This document shows positions 26,760-30,315 of a stretch of DNA of 30,315 nucleotides, piece after piece (position 1 is the first letter of the stretch; each line of letters begins with the position of its first letter). This DNA comes from Bacteroidales bacterium (lineage in GTDB: Bacteria; Bacteroidota; Bacteroidia; Bacteroidales; VadinHA17). A model generated the notes under the pieces. The model saw only the letters and a program-made list of their open reading frames with translations. It did no database searches and was not told the origin of the DNA. The stretch covers positions 1 to 30,315 of the forward strand of contig JAZBOI010000346.1 of the NCBI GenBank assembly GCA_036351095.1, in the 5' to 3' direction. A program made the position numbers and the translations under genes.

Positions 26760-27965
26760 ATGCCTGGCAGCCGCATCTGTGCCTTTCTGTCTGAAGGCAA
26801 TACATACCGGTGAAGGTACTTCTGCAGTATCAACGGCTTCAAGAAACCCTGTTGATATATCCCTTTTAAATGATACGATATTATCCGAATGCTGGTTTGC
26901 CACCAGCAGGTAATCGCCACCGGGTGACAGGGTAAAATTCCTGGGCCATTCACCGCATGATGAGATGTGACCTGACAGTTCGAGGGCTCCTCTTACAGGC
27001 TCTACCCTGAAGATGGCAATACTGTTATGTCCCCTGTTTGAGGCATAAACAAATCTTCCATCTGGAGAGATGTGAATATCGGCGCAGTAATTTGGTCCCT
27101 CGTAGCCGGCCGGCAGTGTCGTGAAGGAAGGGCCCCTCACAAATTCCCCGCTCGCATTTTTTTCAAGCAGTGTTACGGTGCTGTTCAGTTCATTGATCAC
27201 ATAGATATTTTTACCATCCGGGTGGATAGCAATGTGACGGGGGCCTGCACCCCGTGCCATGCTGAGGTTTTCCTGCTTTGAAGGCAGCAACCTGGACTGC
27301 AGGGTGTCAAGAACCGAGAACCATATTTCGTTGGTACCCAGGTCTGCGGAAATAATCCTCGATGTTCCGGGTTCGAAATATACGGAATGGGCATGAGGAC
27401 CTTTCTGCCTGTCGGTTGAGCCTTTGCCTTTGTGATGTTGAATATCGAGTATCTCACTCAATTCTCCCCTGCTGTCGATTTTCAATAAGCCTACACTACC
27501 ACTCGAATAGTTGGCAGTTAAAACATACCCTGCTTCACTGATACTAACATAACAGGGGTGTTCTCCACCTGAAGGCTGCCGGCTTAATGGAACAAGGCTG
27601 TCATTCTCTATACGGAAAGATGTAACTGTTCCCGAGGGGCTGTTCTCATTCACTGCCAGCAGAAATTCACCTCCGGGGCTTAAGGCAAGATATGAAGGGT
27701 TTTCTGTTTCTGCTGCCAGGCCTGAAAACTCCAGGGTCCCGTCTTTGTGCATCAGGTATTTATATATTCCACGGCTCAGCTGGCCGGTATAGGTGCCTAC
27801 ATAAAAAGAAAACCCTGATGAACCAGGTCCGGCTGTGTATGTGTTCTCAGCTTTATCCCCCGTTCCTGTTCTACAGGAATGAAGGATGATAACAGTAAAT
27901 ACCACTAAGATCAAAGGGTTCATACGTTTAAGCATTATTTTCATATTCTTATTGTTTAACTCCAT
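26751..27965 (-). CDS. pgl: Lactonase-family beta-propeller (6-phosphogluconolactonase/YbhE-like) lipoprotein
   Basis: YVGTYT, NPSYL, PCYV, ANYSSG, GPHAHS, DLGT, GAGPRH, YASNRGHNSI, WPRNF, VANQHSD; lipobox ILHS-C. True start may be a downstream Met (27944, 27935 or 27923). Confidence 0.85.
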   Translation of the reverse strand: MELNNKNMKIMLKRMNPLILVVFTVIILHSCRTGTGDKAENTYTAGPGSSGFSFYVGTYTGQLSRGIYKYLMHKDGTLEFSGLAAETENPSYLALSPGGEFLLAVNENSPSGTVTSFRIENDSLVPLSRQPSGGEHPCYVSISEAGYVLTANYSSGSVGLLKIDSRGELSEILDIQHHKGKGSTDRQKGPHAHSVYFEPGTSRIISADLGTNEIWFSVLDTLQSRLLPSKQENLSMARGAGPRHIAIHPDGKNIYVINELNSTVTLLEKNASGEFVRGPSFTTLPAGYEGPNYCADIHISPDGRFVYASNRGHNSIAIFRVEPVRGALELSGHISSCGEWPRNFTLSPGGDYLLVANQHSDNIVSFKRDISTGFLEAVDTAEVPSPVCIAFRQKGTDAAARHSF

Positions 27966-28093
27966 GCTGGATTTATTATCATCATCTTTTTAAGGGTACT
28001 GTTTAAAATAGTTATATTCGCTTAAAAGGATTTAAATGCTAAATTCGGTAAAAATTTCCGGAGAGAAAGATATTTACAATATAATAAGGGAAT

Positions 28094-29902
28094 ATGTCGG
28101 AAAATATCTTAATAAGTCTTGGTTTAATCGTATTACTTGGTTTCACCGCACAGTGGCTTTCCTGGAAGATTAAGATACCGTCAATCTTATTACTTCTTAT
28201 TTTCGGGATTATAGCCGGTCCGGTACTTGGCTTTATCAATCCCGATGAAATGTTTGGAGAAGTACTCATTCCTTTTATTTCCTTTTCTGTAGCAATAATC
28301 CTGTTCCAGGGAGGCTTAACCCTGAAATTAAGTGAATTCAAAAAGATTGGAAGGGTAGTTACCTTATTAATATCGGTGGGCGTCATTGTTACCTGGCTCA
28401 CTGCAACAATGGCTGCCCACTGGCTTTTTGGGCTGAACATTGAGATAGCAATATTGCTTGGTGCTGTTCTTACAGTTACCGGACCAACGGTCATTGGTCC
28501 ATTGCTGCGAAATATCAGGCCCCGGCATAATGTTGGCAACATTTTGAAATGGGAAGGGATATTGATCGACCCCATTGGCGCTTTACTTGCAATCCTGGTA
28601 TTTGAGGTTATACTTATAGGTAAGGTGGATAATGCAGCCCCCCTGATTTTGCTTAATATGCTTAAAACAATATTAATGACCACCCTTATAGGTGGCGGAT
28701 TCGCATTGCTGCTGACATTGTTAATAAAAAAATACTGGATCCCTGATTATCTCCAGGAGGTTGCTGCCCTGGCCTTTGTGGTGGCAGCTTTTCTGATCTC
28801 AAATTATTTCCAGGAGGAGTCAGGCTTACTTGCTACAACAATAATGGGGATTGTACTGGCAAATCAAAAGTATGTAGCTATTAAAAACATAAAGGATTTT
28901 AAGGCAAACCTCACAATCTTAATGATTCCTGTATTATTCATACTACTCTCTGCCAGGCTTTCGGTGAGTGATATTCAGCTTATGAATTATAAGGGAGCGA
29001 TCTTCCTTATTGTATTAATATTAATTGGGCGCCCGCTGTCTGTTTTTCTCTCAACCATTAAATCCGACCTGGGTCTCAAAGACAAATTGTTCATCTCGTG
29101 GATGGCGCCAAGGGGTATCGTAGCAGCAGCCGTATCCTCGGTTTTTGCCTTAAAGCTGGCTGAAATTGAGATTGCCCAGGTTGAGTACCTCGTACCCCTT
29201 ACTTTTACAGTAATAATTGGAACTGTGCTTATATACGGGATTACATCCCCTATGGCGGCTAAATCGCTGAAGATATCACAATCAAACCCGCAGGGTGTTA
29301 TAATAGCCGGGGCTCAGGAATGGGCTCTGCAGATTGCCACAATTCTCCAGGAAAATAATTTCAGCGTGCTTATCCTGGATACCAACAGGTTCAATACCAA
29401 CAAAGCCAAGATGAAGGGTCTGAATGCTTACAACGAGAGTATAATTTCAGATAAGGTGATCGACAAAATTAACCTTGAGGGAGTGGGGAAACTGCTTGCT
29501 TTAACATCCAATGATGAAGTTAATTCAATGGGGGTACTTCATTTCTCGGAAATATTTGAAAAGGAAAATCTCTACCAGCTTTCGCCTGCCACTAAAGAAG
29601 ATGAAAGAGAATTTTCGCCACAGCACTTAAGGGGCAGGTTCCTTTTCGGTAAAAATATTACTTACGAGCATATAACAAAAAGAACAAGGGAAGGAGCAGC
29701 CATAAAATCAACAAATATTACTGATAAATTCAGCTATGAGGATTTCAGGAAGAAACATGGAGAATCCACAATTCCGCTTTTTCTAATTACCGGTAACAGG
29801 AAATTGGTCCCTTTAACATCCGAAGATAAAATTATGCCTGAAAAAGGAAGTATATTGATTGCCCTGATCAGTGCCAGGGAAGAAACATCTGCAAGCTCTT
29901 AA
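28094..29902 (+). CDS. CPA1/NhaP-type cation:proton antiporter with C-terminal RCK/TrkA-N-like domain
   Basis: About 12-13 TM; VTGPTVIGP, KWEGILIDPIGA, APRGIVAAA; cytoplasmic tail GVIIAGA, VLILDTN, LLALTSNDEVN. Confidence 0.85.
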   Translation: MSENILISLGLIVLLGFTAQWLSWKIKIPSILLLLIFGIIAGPVLGFINPDEMFGEVLIPFISFSVAIILFQGGLTLKLSEFKKIGRVVTLLISVGVIVTWLTATMAAHWLFGLNIEIAILLGAVLTVTGPTVIGPLLRNIRPRHNVGNILKWEGILIDPIGALLAILVFEVILIGKVDNAAPLILLNMLKTILMTTLIGGGFALLLTLLIKKYWIPDYLQEVAALAFVVAAFLISNYFQEESGLLATTIMGIVLANQKYVAIKNIKDFKANLTILMIPVLFILLSARLSVSDIQLMNYKGAIFLIVLILIGRPLSVFLSTIKSDLGLKDKLFISWMAPRGIVAAAVSSVFALKLAEIEIAQVEYLVPLTFTVIIGTVLIYGITSPMAAKSLKISQSNPQGVIIAGAQEWALQIATILQENNFSVLILDTNRFNTNKAKMKGLNAYNESIISDKVIDKINLEGVGKLLALTSNDEVNSMGVLHFSEIFEKENLYQLSPATKEDEREFSPQHLRGRFLFGKNITYEHITKRTREGAAIKSTNITDKFSYEDFRKKHGESTIPLFLITGNRKLVPLTSEDKIMPEKGSILIALISAREETSASS

Positions 29903-29968
29903 GATCTGGTTTCAGTTAAACACTAGCCCGGGCAATATTGACTCTCGCCGTAGCACATCTGTGGGGAG

Positions 29969-30035
29969 CCTGCAAGCCCGGTGAAGGCAATCTAACCTGC
30001 AGACCCGGCGAAGGCAATCGAACCTGCAAGCCCGG
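29969..30035. repeat. 27-bp tandem repeat, about 2.5 copies
   Basis: CCTGCAAGCCCGGTGAAGGCAATCTAA (29969-29995), CCTGCAGACCCGGCGAAGGCAATCGAA (29996-30022), CCTGCAAGCCCGG (30023-30035); 4 mismatches between the full units. Confidence 0.9.
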
Positions 30036-30139
30036 GAGTTAAACCTCGGGAACCGGGTTTGCGAATTCACTCCTGCTGACGCGATCGCCATAGTCAAATA
30101 TTTTTTTGCATCTTTACACTCCTAAAAAATAATTCATTT

Positions 30140-30315
30140 ATGAAGGGTAAATATAACAGGATAGCATTGCTGGTACTGTTATTAAGTATGATGCTGGCCT
30201 CGTGTCAAAAACCACCGTCTTCCAATAATGAAGGTGTGGATTTTTCAGACTGTGTCATAAGCGGTACAAACAGCACTTTTGATATTGTCACTTTCAACAT
30301 AAAGGAATATCCGAA
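30140..30315 (+). CDS. Lipoprotein, probably endonuclease/exonuclease/phosphatase family; 3'-truncated by the window edge
   Basis: Not in the ORF track. MKGKYNRIALLVLLLSMMLAS-C lipobox followed by FDIVTFNIKEYP, resembling the first EEP motif (xxTwNi); only 58 codons are visible. Confidence 0.55.
   Translation, partial: MKGKYNRIALLVLLLSMMLASCQKPPSSNNEGVDFSDCVISGTNSTFDIVTFNIKEYP

Noticed and set aside
25806-27965. LuxR plus lactonase as a quorum-sensing/quenching pair
   Set aside because: The regulator has a TM sensor rather than an autoinducer-binding domain, and the lactonase is a YbhE-type propeller without the HxHxDH motif of AHL lactonases.
28013-28047. TATATTCG and TAAATTCG as antiporter promoter elements
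   Set aside because: Each is one mismatch from TAnnTTTG in very AT-rich DNA with no clear -33, and I cannot choose between them.
28039-28683. 214-aa minus-strand ORF
   Set aside because: Antisense shadow of the hydrophobic antiporter coding region.
29969-30035. Possible mini-CRISPR array
   Set aside because: Units abut directly with no unique spacers and there are no cas genes in the window.
29912-30097. 61-aa minus-strand ORF with CxxxC repeats (RACRFDCLR/RVCRLDCLH) resembling a ranthipeptide/RiPP precursor
   Set aside because: The Cys periodicity is simply the 27-bp DNA repeat; all three codon differences between units are non-synonymous in this frame; no radical-SAM, peptidase or transporter gene is nearby.
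1-30315. Mobile elements, prophage, defence systems, tRNA or rRNA
   Set aside because: No transposase, integrase, phage or defence-like ORF, no cloverleaf or rRNA-like stretch, and no obvious compositional break seen by eye.

Overview
A Bacteroidales-type chromosomal window (order inferred from gene content, synteny and TAnnTTTG promoter motifs) that is almost entirely housekeeping. Its core is a complete, tightly coupled minus-strand dcw cluster (mraZ-rsmH-ftsL-ftsI-murE-mraY-murD-ftsW-murG-murC-ftsQ-ftsA-ftsZ, 4215-19470) with MraZ-type direct repeats upstream. Downstream of it lie a putative OM porin plus an MltF-like lytic transglycosylase, and a convergent, 5'-truncated CoA-pyrophosphatase-type NUDIX gene. 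Divergent from mraZ is an O-/N-acyltransferase pair resembling the Bacteroides glycine-lipid genes. These are followed by purF, a SPOR protein, yebC, a DUF975-like membrane protein divergent from a 7-TM LuxR-HTH regulator, a lactonase-family lipoprotein, a CPA1 antiporter, a GC-rich intergenic 27-bp tandem repeat, and the start of an EEP-like lipoprotein. I saw no tRNA, rRNA, CRISPR array, transposase or integrase, and found no convincing large novel system. The best leads are small: the 7-TM LuxR/membrane-protein divergon with candidate operators, the 27-bp repeat with a possible 34-aa Cys peptide, the MraZ/glycine-lipid shared control region, and two terminator-promoter fusions. All calls come from motif reading by eye; no database searches were run.
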